A stretch of DNA of 64,000 bases from Nitrospinales bacterium (GTDB taxonomy: Bacteria; Nitrospinota; Nitrospinia; Nitrospinales; VA-1): assembly GCA_965223345.1 (NCBI GenBank), contig CBDCWG010000012.1, positions 1,952,001 to 2,016,000 of the forward strand. Reading direction: 5' to 3'. Below, one piece after another: positions 57,301-64,000 of this stretch; positions within the stretch are counted from its first letter, which is position 1; every line of letters starts with the position of its first letter. Both the position numbers and the translations under genes were made by a program. The notes beneath the pieces are model-generated. The model did not search any database and was not told the origin of the DNA. It saw nothing but the letters and a program-made list of their open reading frames with translations.

Positions 57301-58996
57301 CAGCCCGGAAAAAAGAGGATTCCTGCGCGCCCTCGGCGTGAAACACGTGTTCAATTCAAGGACGCTGGAGTTTGCGGATCAGATTCTGGAAGCGACGCAG
57401 GGCGAAGGGGTGGATGTGGTGCTCAATTCGCTTTCCGGCCCGTTCATCGCCAAAAGCGTCGGCATCCTCAAACCGTTCGGACGGTTTCTGGAGATCGGCA
57501 AACGCGATATCTACGAAAACAACAAGGTCGGGCTCAAACCGTTCCTCAAGGGGCTTTCGTTCATCACCATGGTGGACATCAAGCAGGGCTTTGCGGAGTT
57601 CGGGCAGGAGTTCCGCTCGATTTTTCTGGAAATCATGCGCCACATCGAGGAAGGCAACCTGCATCCGCTGCCGCACCGGGTGTTTCCCCTTTCCAATGTC
57701 GCCGGTGGATTCCGCACCATGGCGCAGGCGCGCCACATGGGCAAGGTCGTGGTTTCCCTGATGGAGAGCGACCTCAAGGTCGTCTGGGAATCCGATGCGA
57801 TGGCGCGGTTTGCTGCGGACGCCACCTACTGCATCACCGGCGGTCTGGGCGGGTTCGGCCTGACCACCGCCCAGTGGATGGTCGCGCAGGGCGCGCGGCA
57901 TCTCGCGCTCGTGGGACGCAGCGGCGCCGATTCGGACGACGCTTTGGCGGCGGTGGCCGCCATGAAGGAAGCGGGCGCCGATGTGCAGGTGATCTCCGCG
58001 GATGTAAGCCGGTCCGAGGATGTGGAGCGCGTTCTCAAACGCATCGAATCGGGTATGCCTCCGCTCAAGGGCGTGATCCACGCGGCGATGGTGCTGGACG
58101 ACGGGCTTCTGGTCCACATGACGCCGCAACGCTTCCACCGCGTGATGGCGCCGAAGGTGCTGGGAGCCTGGAACCTGCACCAGCAGACGCTGAACGCTCC
58201 GCTGGATTTTTTCATCCTGTTTTCCTCGATCGCCAATGTGATCGGCAGTCCCGGGCAGGGCAACTATGTGGCGGCCAATGCGTTTCTGCAGGCGCTCGCG
58301 CGGCACCGCCGCTCGCAAGGGTTGGCCGGGCAGGTCATCCACTGGGCGCCGCTCACGGAAGTGGGCATCGCGGCGCGGCAGAACCTCAACGAACGGCTGG
58401 AGGGGCAGGGCGTGCTCAGCCTGTCCCCGCAGCAGGCGGTGGACATGCTGGGACGGCTGATCGAGCAAAATCCCGCCGAGATGGCGGTGTTCCCGGTCAA
58501 GTGGGGCAAGCTGTTGTCACTCACGCGCTCATCCAAAGTGCCCGCGAAATTTTTGCACGTGCACGGAGAGGAATCCCTGAAAGATCTGGGCGCCGATGCG
58601 AACGGCGATGCGGAAGAACCGTTCCGGCCCAAACTCATGAGCGCCCCGCCCGAGGAGCGGCCCGAACTGCTCGCCGAGCATCTCAGGAAATCGATCGCCA
58701 AGGTGCTGGGGCTGTCGCCGGCCAAGCTGGAGCTGGATCAACCGCTCACCGATGTGGGGCTCGATTCCCTCATGGCCATGGAGTTGATCGTGCGCATCGA
58801 AATGGATCTCGAGATCACCGTCCCCGTGGTGCGGTTTCTCGGCGGGCCGAGCATCGAGCAGATGGTGCCCTGGCTGATCGAGGAGATGAACCTCAACGCC
58901 GCCGAAACGCCGGAAGATTCCCTGGACGGCGGGGATTTCGATCAAGGCCCGGAAAAAATGGCGGCCGAACCGGAGAAACAGACGGAGGAGGTGTGA
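51323..58996 (+). CDS. Highly reducing single-module type I PKS: KS-AT-DH-pseudoMT-ER-KR-ACP (RkpA/WcbR/MAS-like), no TE
   Basis: DTACSSS/HGTGT/GHLE (KS); GHSVG and YAFH (malonyl AT); HNVKGAMVFP and LDAGFQ (DH); HAAAGGVG (ER); TGGLGGFG, LDD, YVAAN (KR); GLDSLM (ACP). Confidence 0.95.
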   Translation: MNAINKKKHDGGLKMEPIAIVGTGCRLPGGANSPEAYWDLLANGRDAITEIPADRWNAEAFYSPNPKAPGKTVSRWGGFIDQIDRFDARFFGISPREAVHMDPQQRILLECVWQALENGGLVPEALAGTATGVFIGISGMEYSNLVKLDLHRIDGHTGTGVALSVSANRISYLFDLKGPSMVVDTACSSSLVAVHLACRSIWNGESTLALAGGVNAILAPDVTVTLGKGGMLSPDGRCKSFDADGNGYVRGEGAGIVVLKPLSRALEDEDPVQAVILSTVSNQDGHTTGMPVPDQDAQKRMLRDACRNAGILPHQIQYIEAHGTGTPVGDPIEANAQGEVLAENREDGAPCYMGSVKTNIGHLESASGVASLIKVVLALQHRQIPPNLHFNRPNPNIQFEVHRLQIPQALTPWPNGAGPCLAGVNSFGFGGTNANVLLKEAPQKPAPFPMPEALRAKPVHFLPVSARSFEALKEFAVRYDDFLAKEENQSESSLYNICYSAGVRRGHQDYRLAVTGESAGQIREGLQAFVKQEKRPQWTSGRKPRGTVTRPAFVFSGQGPQWWAMGRQLLESEPVFNDVIQQCDSLFRRHADWSLLKELTASEADTRIHETCITQPAMFALQVGLAALWRSWGVEPGAVVGHSVGEAAAAYVAGIYSLEDAVRIIFHRGRLLHPMYGKGKMAVVGLPPQEARQALKGYENKISIAAVNSPKSVTLSGDPQALDAVIGPLQEKEVFCRYLKVHYAFHSHQMEPARKGLLESIQGIRPQSGSVPFYSTVRGARLEGEALGPDYWWDNVRQPVLFYKAIEHMIDDESDVFLEVGPHPVLSANISECFSRMKRQGVVLPSLRHNENDRKVLLGSLGNLYCRGQAVDWKNVYPHGGQCVSLPYYPWQRERFWHERDEKGVDPFADNVHPFLGRKMENAESSWQARVDRREHTYLGDHNVKGAMVFPGAGLIELGLAAASHRFEDSAWTLGAIEFHNALILPRNRGVKIQTTLDPVDSSIKVHSLSDKAQSLWTLHASGTVEALTGPRVCTVDPEEIKARCAQEVSVDELYGDFERIGLSYGPAFRGIARCWKGEGEALGRIEKPAELESETAAYHLHPAILDAGFQVSALLVSDADAALKKLFLPVGVDKVHFYGSPPQSLWAHVKKIRFNAHMAELDVRLFDDSGRVWAECLGLKCRAVEGPKTRDLDNPENWLYEWQWEPADEKGSAGLLDAGEALPSIEEVVRAVEAEPQPGPANSYSETVKPELDGLAASYIQKAFKDLGGSLKDCAAYSNGALEQFLMLDQGASSVLEPGIKILKDGNILVYKEDRWTTNGAHAQEDPQTLWRSLIRKFPGYLPELNLIRTLGENYGRILKGEVEGVLQLLPETDPVWEHFFQDAHSVQNSNRIVRKIAAHIADSLPADRKLRILEIGGASAGLTTHVLGGLDPEKVEYVFSDPDEKWVEKARQKFREYPFVDCRVGDLSDDSSGLETHGYDLILASFLQPGSDPTGEDLQHIKRLLSSQGLLLCLGKTQAAGWQDWVLRTRSKKHSLAEPEKLEEQLAQAGFAAPTCLSPENAARSQEQTVILAQGPKLAEPVSVKKPGHVKPKTPGSWVLFCDEQGEGERLADLLHQAGERCLLVRPDDSFKKQDARRVTIRPECLEDMEPLLDLATQEGGRLRGVVHLWGLDFPAPAKLNAASLETAEAQGNLCIVHLVNELAHNNWEEAPRLFLVTRGSQDAGHAGPGLSVAQAPIWGLGQVVQSEHPNLRCRLVDLDPKNRDTETLFEEIFLEEAAEEVAHRQGRRYVRRLVRPKPSYLNIDNPASAGAESPAYRLEIGAPGILDDFKVVPHSRKPPGRGEVEIQVQAAGVNFRDVMIAMGMLPGELEGVNEAWETLGLECAGRVSAVGEGVEEFKPGDAVLSLCGGGAFGSHVTVPAFATVLKPERLSFEDAATVPVTFLTAWYMLHRAGRLRAGERVLIHAAAGGVGLAAVQVAQLAGAEVYATAGSPEKRGFLRALGVKHVFNSRTLEFADQILEATQGEGVDVVLNSLSGPFIAKSVGILKPFGRFLEIGKRDIYENNKVGLKPFLKGLSFITMVDIKQGFAEFGQEFRSIFLEIMRHIEEGNLHPLPHRVFPLSNVAGGFRTMAQARHMGKVVVSLMESDLKVVWESDAMARFAADATYCITGGLGGFGLTTAQWMVAQGARHLALVGRSGADSDDALAAVAAMKEAGADVQVISADVSRSEDVERVLKRIESGMPPLKGVIHAAMVLDDGLLVHMTPQRFHRVMAPKVLGAWNLHQQTLNAPLDFFILFSSIANVIGSPGQGNYVAANAFLQALARHRRSQGLAGQVIHWAPLTEVGIAARQNLNERLEGQGVLSLSPQQAVDMLGRLIEQNPAEMAVFPVKWGKLLSLTRSSKVPAKFLHVHGEESLKDLGADANGDAEEPFRPKLMSAPPEERPELLAEHLRKSIAKVLGLSPAKLELDQPLTDVGLDSLMAMELIVRIEMDLEITVPVVRFLGGPSIEQMVPWLIEEMNLNAAETPEDSLDGGDFDQGPEKMAAEPEKQTEEV

Positions 58997-59141
58997 ACGC
59001 CGCTCCGCTGACGACGCACGCTCACGGTTTTTAACGCAAACGCATTCCTGTACGCTGGGCCGGCGCCGGACCGGCTGACCCCCTGTTCGAATTCGACCGC
59101 GTTGAACGGGGAACTCTCCCCAAACTGAAAAGGTGTCGCCG

Positions 59142-59804
59142 ATGTCCTTCGGATTGTTGAGCGAAAAAAACAAACTTTGGTTTTCCAACCTGGTTGCGCC
59201 GATGGGCGGCACGCTGGACCGGCTGGGCGTGCACGCCAACACGCTGTCGCTGTGCGGGCTCCTGCTCAGCGCCGGGGCGGGCTGGGTTTACGGCCTGGGA
59301 TCGTTCTTCTGGGGCAGCTGGCTCGTGGTGTTTGCGGGGATCTGCGACATTCTCGACGGCCAGGTGGCGCGGCGCAACGGCACGAATTCGCTGTTCGGGG
59401 CTTTTCTCGACAGCACGCTGGACCGCATCAGCGAACTGTTCATCTTTCTGGGGCTGGCCTGGTACTTCGCCCAGGGCGGAGACTGGGTGCCGCCGGCCGC
59501 AGCCGCGCTCGGGCTCAACCTCAAGGCCTGGGCGGTGGTGCTTATTCTGTGGGCGCTCGCCAGTTCCTACCTCGTCAGCTACACCCGCGCCCGCGCCGAG
59601 GGGCTGAACGTACAATGCAAAGTCGGAGCGCTGCAACGGCCGGAGCGGATCGTCCTTTTGATTTTAGGTTCGTGGCTCGCCTGCATTCCCAATGTCGGCC
59701 CGTTCATGATGCTCGCCTGCATTTTCATCATCGCGGCGCTCAGCAGCTTCACCGTGATCCAGAGGATGATCCATGTCAAGCGGGAGCTCTCCCGCAATCC
59801 CTGA
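59142..59804 (+). CDS. CDP-alcohol phosphatidyltransferase, phosphatidylinositol-phosphate synthase type
   Basis: DILDGQVARRNGTNSLFGAFLDSTLDR signature plus SYTRARAE and QRPER, typical of PIP/AIP synthases. Confidence 0.85.
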   Translation: MSFGLLSEKNKLWFSNLVAPMGGTLDRLGVHANTLSLCGLLLSAGAGWVYGLGSFFWGSWLVVFAGICDILDGQVARRNGTNSLFGAFLDSTLDRISELFIFLGLAWYFAQGGDWVPPAAAALGLNLKAWAVVLILWALASSYLVSYTRARAEGLNVQCKVGALQRPERIVLLILGSWLACIPNVGPFMMLACIFIIAALSSFTVIQRMIHVKRELSRNP

Positions 59805-61295
59805 ACCGCCGCGCGCGGTTTTCCACAGCTCCGGCAGTTTTCTCACCAGCAGGATCAGAATCCCAAGCAGAATTGCGTTTCTCAGGTTGAGCAACAGGAT
59901 CATCGGCGGCTTGAACTGCTCTAAAAACACGTAGAGATGCGGGAAGATCGCCTGCGTCATCGCGGTGGCCGCAAGAAACCACCCGCCCGTTGGCATGAGA
60001 TCCGTGCGGACGGCCACCAGCACCGCCATCAGCGGGCCCACCCACAGCAGGTATTGCGGGGAAAACACCTTGTTGGTCAGGATGAAGGCCAGCAGAAAGA
60101 TCAGGCTGAGCAGATACACGGGAAACACCCGATCCGTGTCCGCTTTCTTCCAGGCTTCCCGGCTTCGATAGACCCGCCACGCGATCCACAAAGACAGCGC
60201 CGAAAACAGATAGAGCGGCAGTTTTCGAAACAGCTCCGAATGCGAGAACTCGAGATTGCTGGAGCTGAAGGTGAACACTTGCGTCACTTCATACCCGGCC
60301 CACCAGTTCGCCAGCAGGATGAGCCCGGCGTACAGCGTTTCGATCTGGATGCCGCGCTCCATGTGGTAGGTGAAGCTCGCCCAGTAGCCGTCGCCCCAGA
60401 GCATCCAGAATCCCAGGTTCAAAAAGACGAGACCCGCCGTGAGCCCAAAGCATGTGGCGAGGGCCGAGCGCCAGTCCGGTCCCGGAGTTTTTAAAAACAC
60501 GAGCGCGAGCAGCGCTGCGGGAATCACCAGGCCGGGAACGATTTTGGTGAGGACGCCGACGGCGGTGACGAGGCCGAACGCGGCGAACAGGAGAAGGGCT
60601 TTTCTTCCTTCGCTGTGAACGGCGGCGCGGAAAACCCACAGGGCGAGCAACACGGCAGTGACGACCGCATGGTCGAAACGGGTGACGGCGATGCAGCCGA
60701 AGCACAGCAGAAAAGCCAGCGATCCCCAGAGCGTGCGCTGGATTGCAGCCCTGGTTGGCCGGCCTGCGGTGAGCAGGTGCAGCGCGAGATAGAGATTCAA
60801 GCCGTACAAAAGCCCCAGCCAGGCGGCCAGCCAGAACCGGTACTCGCGGAAATCCTCGGCGATCAACGCCGGGGGGACGAGCACGAGAAACGCTCCGGGC
60901 TGATACTCGACCGGCACGTCGCGATACGGCCAGGGACGCCGGTTTTCGAACTGCCTGCCGTCGTTCCAGATCCAGTGCGTGGCGTCGCCGCGCAGCAGCA
61001 GCTTGGCGTAGCGGTAGTACAGGCGGGATTCGTGATGGTGGTGGAAGAAGAATTTGATCAGCCCGATGTGCCCGTGTTCTTCGATGATGAAGTCGTAGGT
61101 CTTCATATAGGCATCCATCGAATTGCTTTCCAGGCTCGCATCGATGGATTGCATTTCCTTGATCGTGAAACCCAGCTGGAACAGCCACAGGAAAGTGACG
61201 ACGTGCAGCAGGCAGGCGATGATGGCGGAAGGGGATTTCAGTCCGTGACGGAAAGGGGAGGATGCGGGGTTCGCGATGGGTTGCGCCGGGTCCAA
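59664..61295 (-). CDS. GT-C membrane glycosyltransferase (GT87/DUF2029, PIG-M-like)
   Basis: About 11-12 TMs; PYRDVPVEYQP, TRFD, TKIVP, ERGIQIE, NKVFSPQYLLW. Confidence 0.8.
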   Translation of the reverse strand: MDPAQPIANPASSPFRHGLKSPSAIIACLLHVVTFLWLFQLGFTIKEMQSIDASLESNSMDAYMKTYDFIIEEHGHIGLIKFFFHHHHESRLYYRYAKLLLRGDATHWIWNDGRQFENRRPWPYRDVPVEYQPGAFLVLVPPALIAEDFREYRFWLAAWLGLLYGLNLYLALHLLTAGRPTRAAIQRTLWGSLAFLLCFGCIAVTRFDHAVVTAVLLALWVFRAAVHSEGRKALLLFAAFGLVTAVGVLTKIVPGLVIPAALLALVFLKTPGPDWRSALATCFGLTAGLVFLNLGFWMLWGDGYWASFTYHMERGIQIETLYAGLILLANWWAGYEVTQVFTFSSSNLEFSHSELFRKLPLYLFSALSLWIAWRVYRSREAWKKADTDRVFPVYLLSLIFLLAFILTNKVFSPQYLLWVGPLMAVLVAVRTDLMPTGGWFLAATAMTQAIFPHLYVFLEQFKPPMILLLNLRNAILLGILILLVRKLPELWKTARGGSGIAGELPLDMDHPLDHGEAAERRDDENAGEHHERADIGNAGEPRT

Positions 61296-61308
61296 ACGTC
61301 GGTTTTGG

Positions 61309-62139
61309 TTAATGGATTCCGCTTTTCTTGTCTCCCAGAGAGCCGGAGTAGGAAGGATGGTACGCCCCTCCCGGCAAGGCGTCGGGATTGAGATTTTTCC
61401 AGGCCTTGAAGAATCTTGAGAAACCCAGTGTCAAAACCCGCAGAGAAGCCTCGAGGGCGATGGCCATGGAAAACTTGGATTCGCCGTCGCGCCGTTCCGT
61501 GAACACGATGGGGATCTCCCGGATCACAAAACCGCTCTGGTGGGCGAAGAAGCTCACTTCGATCTGAAACCCGTAGCCTTCGCTTTTCACTTCGCTCCAG
61601 TTCAACCGTTCGATGACGTTTTTGTGGATCGCTTTGAAGCCGCCGGTGGGGTCGGTGAGCGGCATGCCGGTGATGAAGCGCGTGTAAATGCCTGCGCCGA
61701 TGCTCACCATCAGCCGGCGCAGCGGCCAGTTGACGACGCTGATGCCGTTCAAATAGCGGGAACCCAGCGCGATGTCCGCGCCCTGTTCGATGACTTCCAG
61801 CAGCCGCGGGATGTCTTTGGGATCGTGGGAAAGATCGCTGTCCATCTCCATGCAGACGTCGTATCCCTCAGCGAGCCCCCACTGAAAGCCGTCCTGGTAG
61901 GCGGACGCCAGCCCCATTTTCGCGGGCCGCAGTTTCAGGAAAATGCGTTTCTCAAATTCGGGATGCGATCGCACCTTTTCCGCCGTTCCGTCCGGCGAGG
62001 CATCGTCCACCACGAGCACGTCGAGGCGGCGCGGAAGGTCCATGATGGCGTCCAGTACCAGCGGCAGCGAAACCGCTTCGTTGTACGTGGGCAGGATCAC
62101 CACCGCACGGTCGATTTTCCGGGGAACTGCGGATCTCAT
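61309..62139 (-). CDS. Polyprenol monophosphomannose synthase (Ppm1/DPM1-like GT2)
   Basis: PTYNE, DDASPDGT, GLASAY, EMDSDLSH, GSRY, DPTGGF, GYGFQIE, FTERRDGESK. Confidence 0.9.
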   Translation of the reverse strand: MRSAVPRKIDRAVVILPTYNEAVSLPLVLDAIMDLPRRLDVLVVDDASPDGTAEKVRSHPEFEKRIFLKLRPAKMGLASAYQDGFQWGLAEGYDVCMEMDSDLSHDPKDIPRLLEVIEQGADIALGSRYLNGISVVNWPLRRLMVSIGAGIYTRFITGMPLTDPTGGFKAIHKNVIERLNWSEVKSEGYGFQIEVSFFAHQSGFVIREIPIVFTERRDGESKFSMAIALEASLRVLTLGFSRFFKAWKNLNPDALPGGAYHPSYSGSLGDKKSGIH

Positions 62140-62333
62140 GTCGAGGCTGTGCAAGATAAGGGGAAGAAAACCGCCACGAGCGAAACAAAGGCCTCCATTA
62201 TACTATCGGGCTGAAAAATGTCACACAAAAAAGCGGCCGGCAACGTCCGAATTTGCTTTGCAAAGCTCATGGATAGAATCACTTGCGGACCGCGGCCGCT
62301 CTGTTTTCAAGCAGGGGCCGTGAAGAACACGGA

Positions 62334-63317
62334 TCAGGCGGCGGTGTCGATCTCACGCGAGCGGTAATAACGGTCCATCGCCCATCCCACCGCCAGCGCG
62401 TACACCGAGCCCCAGAGGATGTCGAGGATGTAGTGATGGTTGAGATAGACGGCGGCAAATGAAATCCAGAGATAGAAAGCGACGCAGAAAACCCGCAGGG
62501 AGCGGATCTTGAACGCGAAATACACCGAAAGCAGCGGGAAGGCCACGTGCAGGGACGGGATGGCGCCGAACACATTGGGTGTGCGGGAGTAGAATTCCGC
62601 AAACAGCGTGACGCCGAACAGGGCGTCGAAACGTCCGGCGCCCGCCGGGCTGGGGGGCACATCCAGTTGAGCCGGGCCCAACAGCCCGTATTGATCCACA
62701 TACCAGGGCGGCGCGGCGGGGTACCAGTAGTAGGTGGAGCAGCACAGGATGTTGAGCCAGAACATGCCCCACATCATCGCATGCGTCTGCTTGCGCACTT
62801 CGTGGGCGCTCAGCGAACCCGAGCCGGTCTCGCCGCAGCGGTAGCGAAAATACAGCGCCACCGCCAGAAACACCGGAACGAAAACGATGTAGGACAGGCT
62901 GGTGGTGACATCGAGCAGCGGGTGGGTGTGGTTTTGCATCCACTGGGTGGGAAGCAACCGGCCCTGTTCGGTCTCGATGCCGAAAAACCTGAGATCGAAG
63001 AGATAGGGTTCGGCGACGCGCACCGCGCCGCGCAGGGCTTCGGCGTAATAGCCCTGGCTGTCGTACAGGGCGAGGTAGAGCACGAAGGGCAGAAGCAGCT
63101 GGAAGAGACTGCGCGTCCAGGGACCGCCGTAATAAAGCAGCACGAACAGGGCGGTGGCGAGGTGGTCGCCCCGGAAGCCGCCGAGAGCGAAATGCAGCGC
63201 CCAGAATGCGCCGAGCAGACCGACCGGCAGCCATTTTTGCATGGGCGAGCGGCTTTGCCACCATTGAAGCCAGCGGTCGGCTGAGGGGCGGGGCAGGGCC
63301 CGGACGTCGATGGGCAT
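62334..63317 (-). CDS. Aur1-like inositol phosphorylceramide synthase (PAP2 superfamily)
   Basis: YPAAPPWY, AGAGRFD, FGAIPSLH and VYLNHHYILD correspond to the Aur1/IPCS conserved domains. Confidence 0.85.
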   Translation of the reverse strand: MPIDVRALPRPSADRWLQWWQSRSPMQKWLPVGLLGAFWALHFALGGFRGDHLATALFVLLYYGGPWTRSLFQLLLPFVLYLALYDSQGYYAEALRGAVRVAEPYLFDLRFFGIETEQGRLLPTQWMQNHTHPLLDVTTSLSYIVFVPVFLAVALYFRYRCGETGSGSLSAHEVRKQTHAMMWGMFWLNILCCSTYYWYPAAPPWYVDQYGLLGPAQLDVPPSPAGAGRFDALFGVTLFAEFYSRTPNVFGAIPSLHVAFPLLSVYFAFKIRSLRVFCVAFYLWISFAAVYLNHHYILDILWGSVYALAVGWAMDRYYRSREIDTAA

Positions 63318-63439
63318 CGTTTGGGAGTGAGAGGTTATAAAATCAAAGGCGTCGGCCCGCGCGCGGGCGAACGGTAGCGAATCTATAGAAAACCGGCGCT
63401 CAAGTCAATAGTGGCACGGGCTCCGCGCTGTGAGGGGAA

Positions 63440-64000
63440 TCACCCGACCTTGGTCAGCGTGTTCTTGTCGATGTGGTGGAAGATCTTCTCCTGGCCCTTG
63501 ATTTTAAGCTGCGTGTCTTCCTCATAGCTGAAACGGGACGCGTCGTGGATGGTGACCTGCAATTCAAAGCGGACGGTCTTGAACTCCTGGTCCAGAAACT
63601 GATTGCAGCAGATGCCGTAGGTTTGCGATCCGGCGTCGGCGGCGAGCGTGAAACTCTTGGAATCGGGTTCGACGGTTCCACCCGCCAGCACGGTCACCCC
63701 GCGCGGCACCAGAAAGCAGCGCAGCACCTGTTTGGAGGCGGCGTCCCACAGCCAGTAACCCAGCTCTTCATGAAACGGGTCGTCCTCGCCCAGACGCCAT
63801 GCGGTGGTGGAATAGCGCAGCCCGTACAGACGCTGCTCGTGATTGTCCACTGCGCCCATGGGCTCGAACACCATGCGCTCGCGGAATTTATTGGTTTCGA
63901 CGCCCCGGTTGTCATCAGGGGCGGTGTCGTCGCCTTTGTCACCTTCCCAGGTTCCCGCCAGCGGAGCCAGCGGTCCCAGATTCTCAATCCATTCTTTATT
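63440..64000 (-). CDS. Nitrobindin/FABP-like heme beta-barrel (DUF1794), start outside the window
   Basis: Frame open to the window edge: LGPLAPLAGTWEGDKG...FHEELGYWLWD...FHHIDKNTL. Confidence 0.85.
   Translation of the reverse strand, partial: NKEWIENLGPLAPLAGTWEGDKGDDTAPDDNRGVETNKFRERMVFEPMGAVDNHEQRLYGLRYSTTAWRLGEDDPFHEELGYWLWDAASKQVLRCFLVPRGVTVLAGGTVEPDSKSFTLAADAGSQTYGICCNQFLDQEFKTVRFELQVTIHDASRFSYEEDTQLKIKGQEKIFHHIDKNTLTKVG

Noticed and set aside
51323..58996. Secondary-metabolite (antibiotic) PKS cluster
   Set aside because: No TE, NRPS, tailoring, exporter or regulator genes; all neighbours are membrane-lipid enzymes

Overview
A GC-rich bacterial chromosomal segment of about 60 CDSs. 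Its gene style is compatible with a Nitrospinota/Nitrospina-like organism, but this is an inference and not verified. No rRNA, tRNA, CRISPR array, integrase or transposase is visible. Housekeeping genes (gatB, mazG, hemW, era, map, thiO, bioA, queD) are interleaved with: a heavy-metal two-component system followed by a tetraheme membrane cytochrome c; a non-integron AAC(3)-I acetyltransferase; a Fur-controlled iron island (atypical Bfr, Fur, thioredoxin-fold [2Fe-2S] protein, porin, FMN-binding protein, four Fur-box-like sites); and two AT-rich cargo blocks, each bracketed by inverted copies of the same short repeat. The most striking element is at 49.4-63.3 kb. It encodes a bacterial ceramide-synthase-like GNAT, a 2557-aa FAS-like reducing type I PKS with no release domain, a PIP-synthase-type CDP-alcohol phosphotransferase, an Aur1-like inositol-phosphoceramide synthase, a polyprenol-phosphomannose synthase and a GT87/PIG-M-like GT-C. 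Together these suggest a PKS-fed pathway to a mannosylated inositol-phosphosphingolipid (MIPC/GIPC/GPI-like). All assignments come from motif recognition by eye; no database searches were run.
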